DNA of 24,000 bases from an uncultured Methanosarcinales archaeon (GCA_964343575.1 CAYFJV010000001.1:200705-224704), one strand, 5' to 3'; counted from the first letter of the stretch, positions 1-9,069 are shown. Notes: generated by a model not told the origin, from the sequence alone. Numbers and translations: made by a program.

Positions 1-414
1 GTACAAGATCCAAACGTTATCAAATTTGATGGCTACATTGCGCATAGTGCGAACAATTTTGGAGCATTGATTCCGGAAGGGGAAACACCAGTTTTTGCTG
101 TCGATGATATTGTTATTGAAGGTCCTTCTAAGTTGGTTAGCGAGCTTCGAGAGAAGTACAACGTTGTTTTGGTGAAAGACGGGGCATTTAACCACATTGA
201 TGCAGGAGATACAGCAAATGTTCCAAAGGTGCAGTTTATTTACGGAGCGCAAGATCCGAAATTAAATCTTGAAGAAATTGAAGAGATGCGTGCTTTGCTT
301 GAAGAAGTTGGGATTGTGACCACCCTTCATATTGAGCCAGGAGCGGCACATGGTCCAGAGAATTATGAGCCAGGAGTCTTGGAAGGCATCGTAGCAGACT
401 TTACTGGAAGGTAG
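1..414 (+). CDS. C-terminal fragment of a protein truncated at the left edge; possibly an alpha/beta-hydrolase-like enzyme
   Basis: Frame 1 is open from base 1 (VQDPNVIKFDGYIAHSANNFGALIPEGE...) to the tag at 412-414, so the 67 start is probably internal. The GAQDPKLN...AHGPENYEPGVLEGIVADF tail is weakly reminiscent of alpha/beta hydrolases. Confidence 0.4.
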   Translation, partial: VQDPNVIKFDGYIAHSANNFGALIPEGETPVFAVDDIVIEGPSKLVSELREKYNVVLVKDGAFNHIDAGDTANVPKVQFIYGAQDPKLNLEEIEEMRALLEEVGIVTTLHIEPGAAHGPENYEPGVLEGIVADFTGR

Positions 415-437
415 GCGATAGGTTTTTGTTTTGCTTT

Positions 438-1079
438 TTAGAGATGAAGATTATATTTTCTTACAATCTCATCAAAGGAAACTCCTGCTGCCAGGTCATC
501 CACATAAGTTCCGTAGATCTTTATCTCTTCTACATGCTGCTTGGCAAGTTTTTCTAATTTTTCTCTTGTGGTGTTCATTGCCTTAAAGTTTGCTCCCTTA
601 CTTCGGTAGAAGTTTTCAGCTAAGATAGTACAATCTTCATCGTCTTTCTTGTCTGCCTTAGGGATAATGATTTTTACTGAACCGTCGCCTTTCTTGAAAT
701 CAAAGGTAAAAGGAAAAAGCCTACAAATAGCTGGCCTTGAGTTCCACACCGTACAACCTTCTCCATCAACTAAAAAATGACAAAAACCATTTTTTCTTTT
801 AAGCTGGAGCACAGAACTATTTCTATAAAATTGGTAGAGAAAAGGATCAGTTTCTTTCACATTCTTCTCATGCTTTGCATCTACTTTTCCAAAGAAAGCA
901 ATTTCATGAAGAGGAATACCTTTTGCCTTATGAATTCTTAGCACATCATGCATGGTTGTGAAAATACCACTCCCAGAACCCGTACAACATCCACCGCCAT
1001 CAGCCACGCAACGCTCACAAGCAGAAAGGTTTGCAAAATCATCATCTTGGTTCATTACTTTAAGATCAATTTTAGTCAT
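438..1079 (-). CDS. YkgJ-family cysteine cluster (putative Zn/Fe-chelating) protein
   Basis: Cys pattern CERCVADGGGCCTG ... CHFLVDGEGCTVWNSRPAICRLFPFTFDF is typical of the YkgJ/CxxCxxxxCC family. Confidence 0.85.
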   Translation of the reverse strand: MTKIDLKVMNQDDDFANLSACERCVADGGGCCTGSGSGIFTTMHDVLRIHKAKGIPLHEIAFFGKVDAKHEKNVKETDPFLYQFYRNSSVLQLKRKNGFCHFLVDGEGCTVWNSRPAICRLFPFTFDFKKGDGSVKIIIPKADKKDDEDCTILAENFYRSKGANFKAMNTTREKLEKLAKQHVEEIKIYGTYVDDLAAGVSFDEIVRKYNLHL

Positions 1080-1190
1080 GTCGCTGCTTGATAAACAAGG
1101 GGTTTATTAGTTTAACTGTTTATGAGGGGAAGTTAGAGAGAAAAAGTAAAAGCTTTTAATCTGAGATATGTTTGTTTCTCTTGTTTTGTT

Positions 1191-1778
1191 ATGGTAAAAA
1201 AAGCAGATGTGATCATTGTTCTTGGTAGAGAACTTAATGATGATGGGACTATGCCAAGAGTTTTACAAGATCGTGTGAAAAAAGGAGTTGGTCTTTGGAA
1301 GAGAGGGCTAGCAGAGCATGTACTCATGACGGGTTCTAGCTCCGGCATGAAAGGAAGAAAAAAAGGAAAAAGTGAAGCAGAAGTTATGAAAAAATATGCT
1401 GAAGGTTTAGGGGTCGCGCCAAGAGCTATTATTAAAGAAGAAAAGTCAAAAGATACCATTGGTAATGCCTACTTTAGTAAAGCAATACTCAAGAGAAAAA
1501 AATGGAAATCGGTGATTGTAGTTTCCTCAAAACATCACTTCCCAAGGGCCCGTATTGTTTTTGAACAGATTTTAGGTCCTAACTTTGAAGTGCAAACGGT
1601 AAGCTCAAGTAGACTCATGTTGCACCATTATCTAAGATACTTGTTTCAGTTGTTTGTCAATGATCTAGAGCTTGTCTTAACAAAACAATTCTTCTCAGGT
1701 GTTAAGCCAGGAGATGATAAAGCAATTAAGAAAAGATTGCTTAGCTGGCATCCTTATTATAAGAGAGAAAAGAAATAA
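1191..1778 (+). CDS. YdcF/ElyC/SanA-like DUF218 domain protein
   Basis: VIIVLGRELNDDGTMPRVLQDRVKKGVGLWKRGLAEHVLMTGSSS...EAEVMKKYAEGLGV...EEKSKDTIGNAYFSK...VVSSKHHFPRARIVF matches the DUF218 layout. Confidence 0.85.
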   Translation: MVKKADVIIVLGRELNDDGTMPRVLQDRVKKGVGLWKRGLAEHVLMTGSSSGMKGRKKGKSEAEVMKKYAEGLGVAPRAIIKEEKSKDTIGNAYFSKAILKRKKWKSVIVVSSKHHFPRARIVFEQILGPNFEVQTVSSSRLMLHHYLRYLFQLFVNDLELVLTKQFFSGVKPGDDKAIKKRLLSWHPYYKREKK

Positions 1779-1779
1779 G

Positions 1780-2493
1780 TTATTCTCCAGAAAGAAATCT
1801 TAACACTTCTCTTGACCCATGGTCTAAAAGGTCTTTTGCTAAGACACCAAAACCATAAGCTGAAGCATATCTTCTCACCTTTGATCCCCTATGGTGAAAG
1901 GGATGTCCATTTTTTAAGTATACTTCCCAACGAATCTGGTCCCCAGGGATTAATCCTCGCAGCCTTCCATCAGTATGGATTGCGCAAGAAACAATTCTAT
2001 CAACCATCCCTCGATCTTGTGGTCCATCGTGTTCTCTCACTGGCAAAGGAAAGAAACGGTATTTCGTTCCAAGCACATACTGCGCGGTATCGAGTACTCT
2101 CTCCATCCCTGGCTTATCGGCTACAAGAGCTAAGTTTTTTGCCCCAAGACCATCAATAATTGGCCAAGAAAGTATAATATTTGCTAAAGTATCAAGGGCT
2201 TCTGCTTCCGTGTGCACATGCCTATCTGGGACCCCTCGAACTTCCATAAGGTGGCGCCTCATTTGATATGCTTCGGCTTGATCCCGTGAAGGTCTTTGAT
2301 GAGGAAGTAAAGTTCCCGAACAATAGCCGCTTAGTAAAATCGGTGCAGGACCATCTCTTCTTTCCTGAATCTTTGTTTGCGTGTAAGCCCAGGCTGCCTT
2401 GCCTGAGCGTGCGTGAGCGTATGGTCCTTTAGTTGGCTCTCCACCAAAGGCAAAAATAAGGTCGACTTGTTCCAGATTGTCTAAAAGCTTCAT
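1780..2493 (-). CDS. Second, divergent DUF218/YdcF-like protein
   Basis: DLIFAFGGEPTKGP...ILLSGYCSG...DQAEAYQMRRHLMEVRGVPDRHVHTEAEALDTLANIILS...LALVADKPGMERV: same order of motifs as DUF218. Confidence 0.6.
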   Translation of the reverse strand: MKLLDNLEQVDLIFAFGGEPTKGPYAHARSGKAAWAYTQTKIQERRDGPAPILLSGYCSGTLLPHQRPSRDQAEAYQMRRHLMEVRGVPDRHVHTEAEALDTLANIILSWPIIDGLGAKNLALVADKPGMERVLDTAQYVLGTKYRFFPLPVREHDGPQDRGMVDRIVSCAIHTDGRLRGLIPGDQIRWEVYLKNGHPFHHRGSKVRRYASAYGFGVLAKDLLDHGSREVLRFLSGE

Positions 2494-2560
2494 AAGGGTT
2501 CAAAAGGAGGGCTGTTTAAGAATCTTCTTGAGAAAAACTTACCAAAAGGCAAGGGAATAA

Positions 2561-2941
2561 ATGCTCAATTCCCATAATTTTGATGATCATTTTAAAAAAA
2601 AAGAAAGTATTTTTCCTTTCATGTCTTATACGACCAAATTGGCTTGGCTCAACCATTATGTGGGGGGAGCTCTGCAAAGAGTTGTTAATGATCTTGATAG
2701 GGGTAGAGAAGGCGATTTCAATGCGCTTTACAGAGATACTTGCATTAGTGATTTACTGGAACTTGCTGACTCTGGGCTTCCTTTAGGAGAGCTTAGTCAA
2801 GGTGGTTTTGAGGAAGTTTTATCTTTAGCTCAAGGAAATTGGAATGCTCCAAAGGAACTTACTAGACTTTATATTAGATTAAAAGAAGTCTCAGGAAAAA
2901 GAGTAGATAGAGATATTTGTAGAATACTTAACGGGGAATAA
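2561..2941 (+). CDS. Hypothetical small protein (start may be the ATG at 2621)
   Basis: ORF of 126 aa with plausible composition; internal Met start MSYTTKLAWLNHYVGG is possible. Confidence 0.45.
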   Translation: MLNSHNFDDHFKKKESIFPFMSYTTKLAWLNHYVGGALQRVVNDLDRGREGDFNALYRDTCISDLLELADSGLPLGELSQGGFEEVLSLAQGNWNAPKELTRLYIRLKEVSGKRVDRDICRILNGE

Positions 2942-2973
2942 GAGTTGGAGAAAAAAAGGAAAATAAAAAGGTT

Positions 2974-3204
2974 TTATCTAAGCACTTCAAACTCTTTGAC
3001 AATGATTACCACAAAGAGCAAGAGTAAGATTGCACCAGCTACCAAATACCAAAGGCCAGCTTGAAGTGTTCCTGTTGTCAGGCCCATATACATCCCCCAA
3101 GCCATAATAATGAAACCAAGCCAGAGAAACTTGTCGAGGACCAGTTTCATGATATCAAACTCTTGTTGATCTGTTAATCGTCTTTTTGATTTTCTTCTTG
3201 CCAT
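2974..3204 (-). CDS. Small two-TM membrane protein
   Basis: Two hydrophobic segments (FLWLGFIIMAWGMYMGLTTG; GLWYLVAGAILLLLFVVIIV) and charged N-terminus MARRKSKRR. Confidence 0.6.
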   Translation of the reverse strand: MARRKSKRRLTDQQEFDIMKLVLDKFLWLGFIIMAWGMYMGLTTGTLQAGLWYLVAGAILLLLFVVIIVKEFEVLR

Positions 3205-3243
3205 TTTTGATTATCTCCTTATCTTATCTCCTTGTGCGCTCTT

Positions 3244-3810
3244 CTATGTTGTCTTGATAAAGAAGGTCTTACTATCAAACTCTTCTAAAGTATCAGCATC
3301 AGTAAGCACCACCTTATACAAATAGTTCCCTGTTTTACTTGGAGCAGTGATGGTTACCGGAACTACTCGAGATTCACCTGCATCAAGCGCCTGTGGCGTA
3401 TCATCCCAATCAATTCGTGAGCTTACATCGATTGCATCCGGAGTTGTCCAGGAAAGAGTTGTTTGTGAGCTAAAAATCTCAAAAATATCTCCATTCTTTA
3501 CCTCAAAACCAACAATGAGATTCTTATCTGCATCTTCGGTGTTCTTAATACCAATTGCTTGTACACTTAACTCATTTGTCTCAAGTGTGATAGAAGTTGC
3601 TGGAAAACTTAACTTCTTGTTTCCTGTTCGTAGATCATCTAGAATTTGCTGACTAATCTGTTCTTGTACTGAGGTAGAAGTACTGGTAATTTGCTCAAAC
3701 TGACCTCGTACAAAACCAAGTCCTAAACCAAGCACCACAAAAGCAATTACTACAATGACAATTGCCTGAATACTCAGGTTTAAGGATGCTTTTTTGTTAA
3801 ATTGTTTCAT
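3244..3810 (-). CDS. Archaeal type IV pilin-like (class III signal peptide) protein
   Basis: MKQFNKKASLNLSIQAIVIVVIAFVVLGLGLGFVRGQFEQI: KK-A/S cleavage-like site followed by a long hydrophobic helix. ATG at 3810 preceded by GGAGGTGATGAG, so the ORF-track start at 3861 is likely too long. Confidence 0.75.
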   Translation of the reverse strand: MKQFNKKASLNLSIQAIVIVVIAFVVLGLGLGFVRGQFEQITSTSTSVQEQISQQILDDLRTGNKKLSFPATSITLETNELSVQAIGIKNTEDADKNLIVGFEVKNGDIFEIFSSQTTLSWTTPDAIDVSSRIDWDDTPQALDAGESRVVPVTITAPSKTGNYLYKVVLTDADTLEEFDSKTFFIKTT

Positions 3811-3890
3811 CTCATCACCTCCATGGCCCCTTGCGCCTTTGCATTGGCAGCCAAAGCCCATGAATATTCATCTCTTTTTGAATGTTAATC

Positions 3891-3930
3891 TTCGATAGTT
3901 TCCCTTAGATCTCTCAATAGAACCATCGAA
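3891..3930 (-). other. Hairpin in the 5' leader of the pilin-like gene
   Basis: Minus-strand TTCGATGGTT / AACTATCGAA, 10 bp with one G-U pair, 20-nt loop, just downstream of a TATA-like sequence at about 3959-3966. Confidence 0.5.
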
Positions 3931-4041
3931 AAGTCTAGTTTGAAGCAATGAAATGTCCTATAAAAAGCTGTCGGTCAGCAAGTCGAAGATTTTGTTTGCT
4001 CTCAAAAGACGACAAGAAGGAAGAAAAAAAGAGGGGGGAAA

Positions 4042-4902
4042 CTAGAAAAAGAAGAGGAGAACTTGGACCAAAAGAGGCTCTGCAAAAAGAAGTGTGAGGT
4101 AGGCGAGCAAAAAACTTGGTACAAATGGAACTCCTTCTTTGATAGTTACTCTGTGTAATTTTCCTTCTTTTTCTAATCTCTTCAGAGTTACGAGGTCTTT
4201 TTTGGTAAGTGACTTACTGCAAGGGATTGTTTTTCCTCGTACTACGATGTCTTTATCAAGCCAATCTCCCAAAGTAAGCTGGCTTGGTTTGATCTCTTTG
4301 AGAAAACAGCTCTGTTCAACTGCGCTTGCAAAAAGGAAAAGATAGTAGGCGATAAGCGGAAAGATAGCGAGTATGACAAGTTGAATTTGGAGGAAAGCCA
4401 AAAGGGCAAGGAGAGCAGCTGCAACATAGGCGTAGAAATGTTCTTTTCTGTATTCTTTGAACTTGTGTTTGAGTGTTGGAAGAAACTTCTTTCTTCTTAT
4501 GAATGCAAGAGCTAGACTCCAAATGAGCCCAAAGAAGGCTCCAATGAGCATGAGCAAAATGAAGTAAAGAACAAGTTCCCAGGAGTTACTTTGAAAGATA
4601 AAATCAGCGCCAAGAACCATCCCCATCCCCATTAAGAGTTTACTGTCTGCACCACCCCATTGGTGTGTGTAAAAGAAAAGTAAGGCGATTAGGAAGAAAA
4701 ATGCAGTTCCAATGATTCCTGAAAGAATTGTTTGCCACCACAGAGTTTGGTGGGTTAGGGAGAAAAGTATGCGTAAGGCAAAGGCTCCGAAGAGAAGAGA
4801 ATAGCTTATCCAATCTGGAACCTCTCTGCTTTTTAGGTCAGTGTAGGATGCTAAAATAAGAAGAGTTATGGTGAAAGAAGTGATCACTGTAAGAAAAACC
4901 AT
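4042..4902 (-). CDS. A24-family prepilin/preflagellin peptidase (FlaK/PibD-like)
   Basis: Aspartate motifs ASYTDLKSREVPDWISY near the N-terminus and GGADSKLLMGMG, with many TM helices. Confidence 0.85.
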   Translation of the reverse strand: MVFLTVITSFTITLLILASYTDLKSREVPDWISYSLLFGAFALRILFSLTHQTLWWQTILSGIIGTAFFFLIALLFFYTHQWGGADSKLLMGMGMVLGADFIFQSNSWELVLYFILLMLIGAFFGLIWSLALAFIRRKKFLPTLKHKFKEYRKEHFYAYVAAALLALLAFLQIQLVILAIFPLIAYYLFLFASAVEQSCFLKEIKPSQLTLGDWLDKDIVVRGKTIPCSKSLTKKDLVTLKRLEKEGKLHRVTIKEGVPFVPSFLLAYLTLLFAEPLLVQVLLFFF

Positions 4903-5081
4903 AGGCGAGATGTTTGAAAGAGGCTTTATTAAGCTTGCGTTGACACAAAGATTTATAAACGAATTTTCCTCTCTTTCTCCTTAGAATACTTATATCGCAA
5001 GCTAAATTGTGACTCAGCAGCTTTTTGTTTTGAGTTAAGAATTGCTAAAATCATTTTTGTAAGTATCAAGGAGGTAGGTAG

Positions 5082-5648
5082 ATGGCAGATAACGAGTACG
5101 AAATTCTCCCACATCAATTGCTCGAAGATCTTAAATTTGATGTTGAAGCTCTTAAGAAGAAACTAAGTGAGCCTGAAGCAAAGGCAAACGAACTTATTCT
5201 AGAAATTGAGACGCTTAAAGATTCTATTCACGAGTTAAACAGCGTGTTTAGCAAGGCGCTTGATGAAACTAAAGAGGAAGATGTGTATCATTCAATCAAA
5301 ACACTCAATGAAAGGATTGATGCAGTAGTTACCCAAAACGAGACAATTGCAAAAGGAATGATCGCAATTTCAGATAAGGTTGATGAATTTTTACGCAAAC
5401 AAAAAGAAGGAAACGCTGGACCAATGACTTCTCAACTTCCGGGTGGTCCTGCTGGTTCTTCTTTTGGAACACCTGGTTCTTTTGGATCAGGGCCATCTGC
5501 TCCAATGCCTCCAAGTCCTGGTTTACAAGCGGGGGCGAATATGCAACACCAGTTTATGGGATCACCACAAGGCTTCTCTGGGGGCAGGACTCCTGTAATG
5601 CCACCACCACCAATCCCACAGAGGAAGAAAAGGAAGGGGCTCTTTTGA
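5082..5648 (+). CDS. Hypothetical coiled-coil protein with Gly/Pro-rich tail ending PPPIPQRKKRKGLF
   Basis: Strong SD AAGGAGGTAGGTAG before ATG; heptad-like N-terminal half, low-complexity tail. Confidence 0.75.
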   Translation: MADNEYEILPHQLLEDLKFDVEALKKKLSEPEAKANELILEIETLKDSIHELNSVFSKALDETKEEDVYHSIKTLNERIDAVVTQNETIAKGMIAISDKVDEFLRKQKEGNAGPMTSQLPGGPAGSSFGTPGSFGSGPSAPMPPSPGLQAGANMQHQFMGSPQGFSGGRTPVMPPPPIPQRKKRKGLF

Positions 5649-5671
5649 GTTCTAATTTTTGCAAAACCTGA

Positions 5672-6841
5672 ATGAAGGGCAATGTAGTTATGGTACACTT
5701 ACGAGCAAAACAATTGTTGTTGAATGCTGCGCGTGAACAGTTTGCGCAACGCAAAGGCATTTCCAGCAAAGAAATAACTGAGCGGCTTAATGAGATTAAA
5801 TATCTCTCCTCACAGCGAAAAGTACCAAAGCTCACTTTGCGTCGTGAGATCTTAAGTTTAGAGCGCAAGCTTGCTAACTTGTTTGAAGTTGAAAAGCGCT
5901 TACTTCATGCTAAGAAAAAAGAGTCTGCAAAAATACGTTCTCTTAAGCGGCAGAACACTTTACTTAAAGAACGTCTTGAAAAAAGTAGCGATCCTGAACT
6001 TCGCGCCCGTGTAGGGAAACTAAGCCATGTCTTAGGAGATATTCTTGCCAAAGCGCAAACTAAAGAAGATGTTGCTCTTGCTCACAAAATTCTTGGTGAT
6101 TTAGAGGGCGAAGATCGTCGCAAAGTTGAGAAACAAGAACTTTCTTTACGAAGTAAAAAATTGCTTCGCTTGGAAGATATTCTCTCTCGGGTTAAACACA
6201 AGCTTCATTTGTTAGAGTTGGAGCACAAAGTCAGTCCTATGCAGCTTCGAAAGTTGCAAGAGTTGTTAGCTAAACTTGAGCATAAGTTGGAAGAGCTTAA
6301 GAAGGATAAGGGAAAAGCGAGCCGTTCTTCTTCTAGTGGAAAGCATAAGATTCTTTTCGATGCAGTTGATGTAGCTAGGCCTGATAAGAAAGATCCTTTT
6401 GATGTCTCTGCAAAAAATATGCCGCTTGCTCTGCCTTCTCCTGAGGATGTACAAAAAGAGCTTGCTGAGCAAAAAGGTTTAGGGGTTAGAGAACAAAGTT
6501 CTTTTGGAAACTTTGGAAAAGCTCCTGTTCCCCTTCCACCAGGACCTTCGACACCATTACCTCCTCTCCCAAAACCCTTGCCGTCTTTTGGTGCTGCAAA
6601 GTCAGTTTCACCTGTTTCTTTTGATCAAAGTTTAGCTTTACCAAAGGCTTCTAGTGCTGAGAGAATCATTGAACCAAACGCTGGCGCTGGAATTGAAAAC
6701 CATAGTGACCTTAAAAATCAGTTATTAGCTGGTGTTGGAGAGTTAGAAAATAAGCATCAAGAAGTGCATGGAACAGCTTTGCCTCCTGCACCGGTTCCGC
6801 AGCGCACTCAGAAAAAAGGATTTCATTTGTTTGGTAAGTAG
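5672..6841 (+). CDS. Hypothetical coiled-coil protein with Pro-rich tail ending PPAPVPQRTQKKGFHLFGK
   Basis: 389-aa ORF directly downstream of 5082-5648; long charged coiled coil. Start could be the ATG at 5690. Confidence 0.75.
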   Translation: MKGNVVMVHLRAKQLLLNAAREQFAQRKGISSKEITERLNEIKYLSSQRKVPKLTLRREILSLERKLANLFEVEKRLLHAKKKESAKIRSLKRQNTLLKERLEKSSDPELRARVGKLSHVLGDILAKAQTKEDVALAHKILGDLEGEDRRKVEKQELSLRSKKLLRLEDILSRVKHKLHLLELEHKVSPMQLRKLQELLAKLEHKLEELKKDKGKASRSSSSGKHKILFDAVDVARPDKKDPFDVSAKNMPLALPSPEDVQKELAEQKGLGVREQSSFGNFGKAPVPLPPGPSTPLPPLPKPLPSFGAAKSVSPVSFDQSLALPKASSAERIIEPNAGAGIENHSDLKNQLLAGVGELENKHQEVHGTALPPAPVPQRTQKKGFHLFGK

Positions 6842-6859
6842 AATCATCGAATTACTTTC

Positions 6860-7042
6860 CTAAAGATCTCTTGGCATGACCGTTCTTCGACTATTTTCTT
6901 TGGCTCTTCTGCAAGCATCTTCAACGAGCTCTTTTACTTTCTCATCTAGCTTGTCCATAAAATCACTAGACATACTTTGTACTTCATATTTTGAAGAGAC
7001 AACCAGTTCTTTTACAGAAGTTCTTACTACTAAGTTTACCAT
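6860..7042 (-). CDS. Short histone-fold protein, alpha3-truncated / DUF1931-like
   Basis: VVRTSVKELV...MSSDFMDKLDEKVKELVEDACRRAKENSRRTVMPRDL resembles alpha1, alpha2 and the K/RTVxPxDL end of the histone fold; terminates where alpha3 would begin. Confidence 0.75.
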   Translation of the reverse strand: MVNLVVRTSVKELVVSSKYEVQSMSSDFMDKLDEKVKELVEDACRRAKENSRRTVMPRDL

Positions 7043-7138
7043 TACTCTTGTTTGGAGAAAAGGAGTATTTAAATTTACCTTTGTTCAAGAAGACAAGGGC
7101 GGGAAAAACATAAAAAGAAAGGAAAAAAGGAGGAGGGG

Positions 7139-7531
7139 ATGGAAAATTGTATCTTTTGTAAAATTAGAGCAGAAGAAATTCCAAGCTATAAGATCTATGA
7201 AAATTCTGATTTCTTAGTCTTTTTAGATATTACACAACTCAATGAGGGGCACTGTCTTGTGATTCCTAAAAAACATTACAGGTGGGTTTGGGATGTTCAA
7301 GAGGAGTATAGTAAGGTTTGTAATAAGGTGGCAAATGCTATCAAGAAGGCTTTTTCTACAGAAAGAGTAGTGAGTTTTGTGATTGGAGATCAAGTACCTC
7401 ACGCACATATCCACCTTGTTCCTCGCTTTGAGGGGGATGGACATGGCCCATTAATTGATACTTCTAAAACAAAGACTTTATCTGATGAAAGGATGCGAGA
7501 GATTTCTGAGAAGATTAGAAAAGAATTTTAG
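7139..7531 (+). CDS. HIT (histidine triad) family hydrolase
   Basis: N-terminal CIFCKIRAEEIPSYKIYENSDFLVFLDI and triad HAHIHLVPRF. Confidence 0.95.
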   Translation: MENCIFCKIRAEEIPSYKIYENSDFLVFLDITQLNEGHCLVIPKKHYRWVWDVQEEYSKVCNKVANAIKKAFSTERVVSFVIGDQVPHAHIHLVPRFEGDGHGPLIDTSKTKTLSDERMREISEKIRKEF

Positions 7532-7536
7532 ATTAA

Positions 7537-9069
7537 CTAAAACCTTTCTCCCCAAACTGAACAAAGGTGTGCTGTTGCATATTGGGAGTTATCATAACCA
7601 TCTTCTCTTCCACCATATCCAGCAGTTTCTATACCAACTAAAAGATGAAGAGGAAGAGTAAGCTCACTTGTAGATACTGGAGGCAAGACAACAGCTTGTT
7701 CTGCTCCTTCAGCAAGAAACTCAACCTGCCACTGCCCAGAACCGTTATGTGTTTGCGTTAAAGTATACTCCCCATGTTTTACAAAACTATCAAAACCATT
7801 ATCTCCTTCTGTGTAAAAAGGATTTTGCTCAGTCGCAAGATCAAGTCTTGCTTCAAGCCTATCAACTTGGACACAACCTTCGTAAGTTGTTGGGTTACTT
7901 CCTTCACCACAGAGGTGCATTGCTCCAAAAGCATCCGATTCTTTAGTAAATTTTGATCCTGCTTCAAGATTTGTTCCTGCAAACTCAAGAGAAAGACGAG
8001 TGTTTACCTTTAGGTACCTTAACCTTTCAAGAGGGTATGCTGTTTGTTCTGTTACTGGATTAATGGTTGCAAATCTTCCTCGGGCAATTGCAGGGCCATC
8101 ACCTTTCCCTTCGTTTCCATAGCTAAAACTTTGGTGGTGCATTGCACAACCCTGAAGTGGTTTTTCAGGATCAGTGAGTTCTCTAGTTAATCCATAGGGG
8201 TGTTTCTCTTCAGGGTTATAATTAACTGGTACAGAAAGATTCCAGCTTAATTCTCCATCATCTGGAAATCTATTATGAATGGTCACATACTTATACTCCC
8301 CTTCTCCTTCTTCTTCTGCATCTTCTGGAGGAAGACTAGGATCTTCTGCTGACCAATCAACATCAGCTCCAGCACAAACGTCACCCTCATCAATTAAATC
8401 ATTACAATCATCGTCTCTTCTATTGCAAGTCTCTTGGGTCATACTAAGAGTATCTGAAACACAAATTGAGAAGGAATCACCACCACAGACCCACTTTGCA
8501 TCAGAATAATCCCCACAAGGAGTACCATAGACACTTTCTGGAGGACAAGACTCGCCGTCACCATAAAAATTTCCAGTTCTCTCAAACTCTGGATCGCCAT
8601 CATTTACTAATCCGTTACAATCGTTATCTTGGTAATCACAACGTTCAGGAGCTCCAGGATGGATGGCACCATTAGTATCATCACAATCAGTTTTATCTTC
8701 AACGTAGGCAACCCCATTTAGTTTACCATCTTCAAGCTTCAGTACATCTTTAGGATCAAGAGGGCTGCTATCTTCATCACCAAAACCATCGCCATCTCTA
8801 TCTGCATAAAGATCGGTTTGTGTAAGCGTTTCAAGATCAGTTCTTGTTTGTTCTTGACCTTGAGCTGTTGGAGAAGTATAAGGTGGTGTTTGTTGATTAG
8901 GGGATGGAGTATAAATTCTTCTTGATTTTGTTCTCTCTATTTTTACTGGTTCTTGAGGAGTAGTATCCACGCTGTAGAGTTGATGAAGACCAATTAATGT
9001 AGCAAGGCCCAATCCCGCTACTGCTGCCCACCTTCCATAATTCCTCTTTTTTTGTCTTGACCTTGCCAT
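7537..9069 (-). CDS. Membrane-anchored exported protein with MopE-like putative metal-binding motifs
   Basis: N-terminal TM (WAAVAGLGLATLIGLHQLY) followed by DADRDGDGFGD-type loop, DCDDTNGAIHPGAPERCDYQDNDCNGLVNDGD and ETCNRRDDDCNDLIDEGD repeats. Confidence 0.8.
   Translation of the reverse strand: MARSRQKKRNYGRWAAVAGLGLATLIGLHQLYSVDTTPQEPVKIERTKSRRIYTPSPNQQTPPYTSPTAQGQEQTRTDLETLTQTDLYADRDGDGFGDEDSSPLDPKDVLKLEDGKLNGVAYVEDKTDCDDTNGAIHPGAPERCDYQDNDCNGLVNDGDPEFERTGNFYGDGESCPPESVYGTPCGDYSDAKWVCGGDSFSICVSDTLSMTQETCNRRDDDCNDLIDEGDVCAGADVDWSAEDPSLPPEDAEEEGEGEYKYVTIHNRFPDDGELSWNLSVPVNYNPEEKHPYGLTRELTDPEKPLQGCAMHHQSFSYGNEGKGDGPAIARGRFATINPVTEQTAYPLERLRYLKVNTRLSLEFAGTNLEAGSKFTKESDAFGAMHLCGEGSNPTTYEGCVQVDRLEARLDLATEQNPFYTEGDNGFDSFVKHGEYTLTQTHNGSGQWQVEFLAEGAEQAVVLPPVSTSELTLPLHLLVGIETAGYGGREDGYDNSQYATAHLCSVWGERF

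Noticed and set aside
1133-1459. 108-aa minus-strand ORF
   Set aside because: Antisense to the well-supported DUF218 gene; low-complexity, Ser/Pro/Phe-rich translation typical of shadow ORFs.
6876-7217. 113-aa plus-strand ORF
   Set aside because: Antisense to the histone-like gene and overlaps the start of the HIT gene; Ser/Thr/Phe-rich composition.
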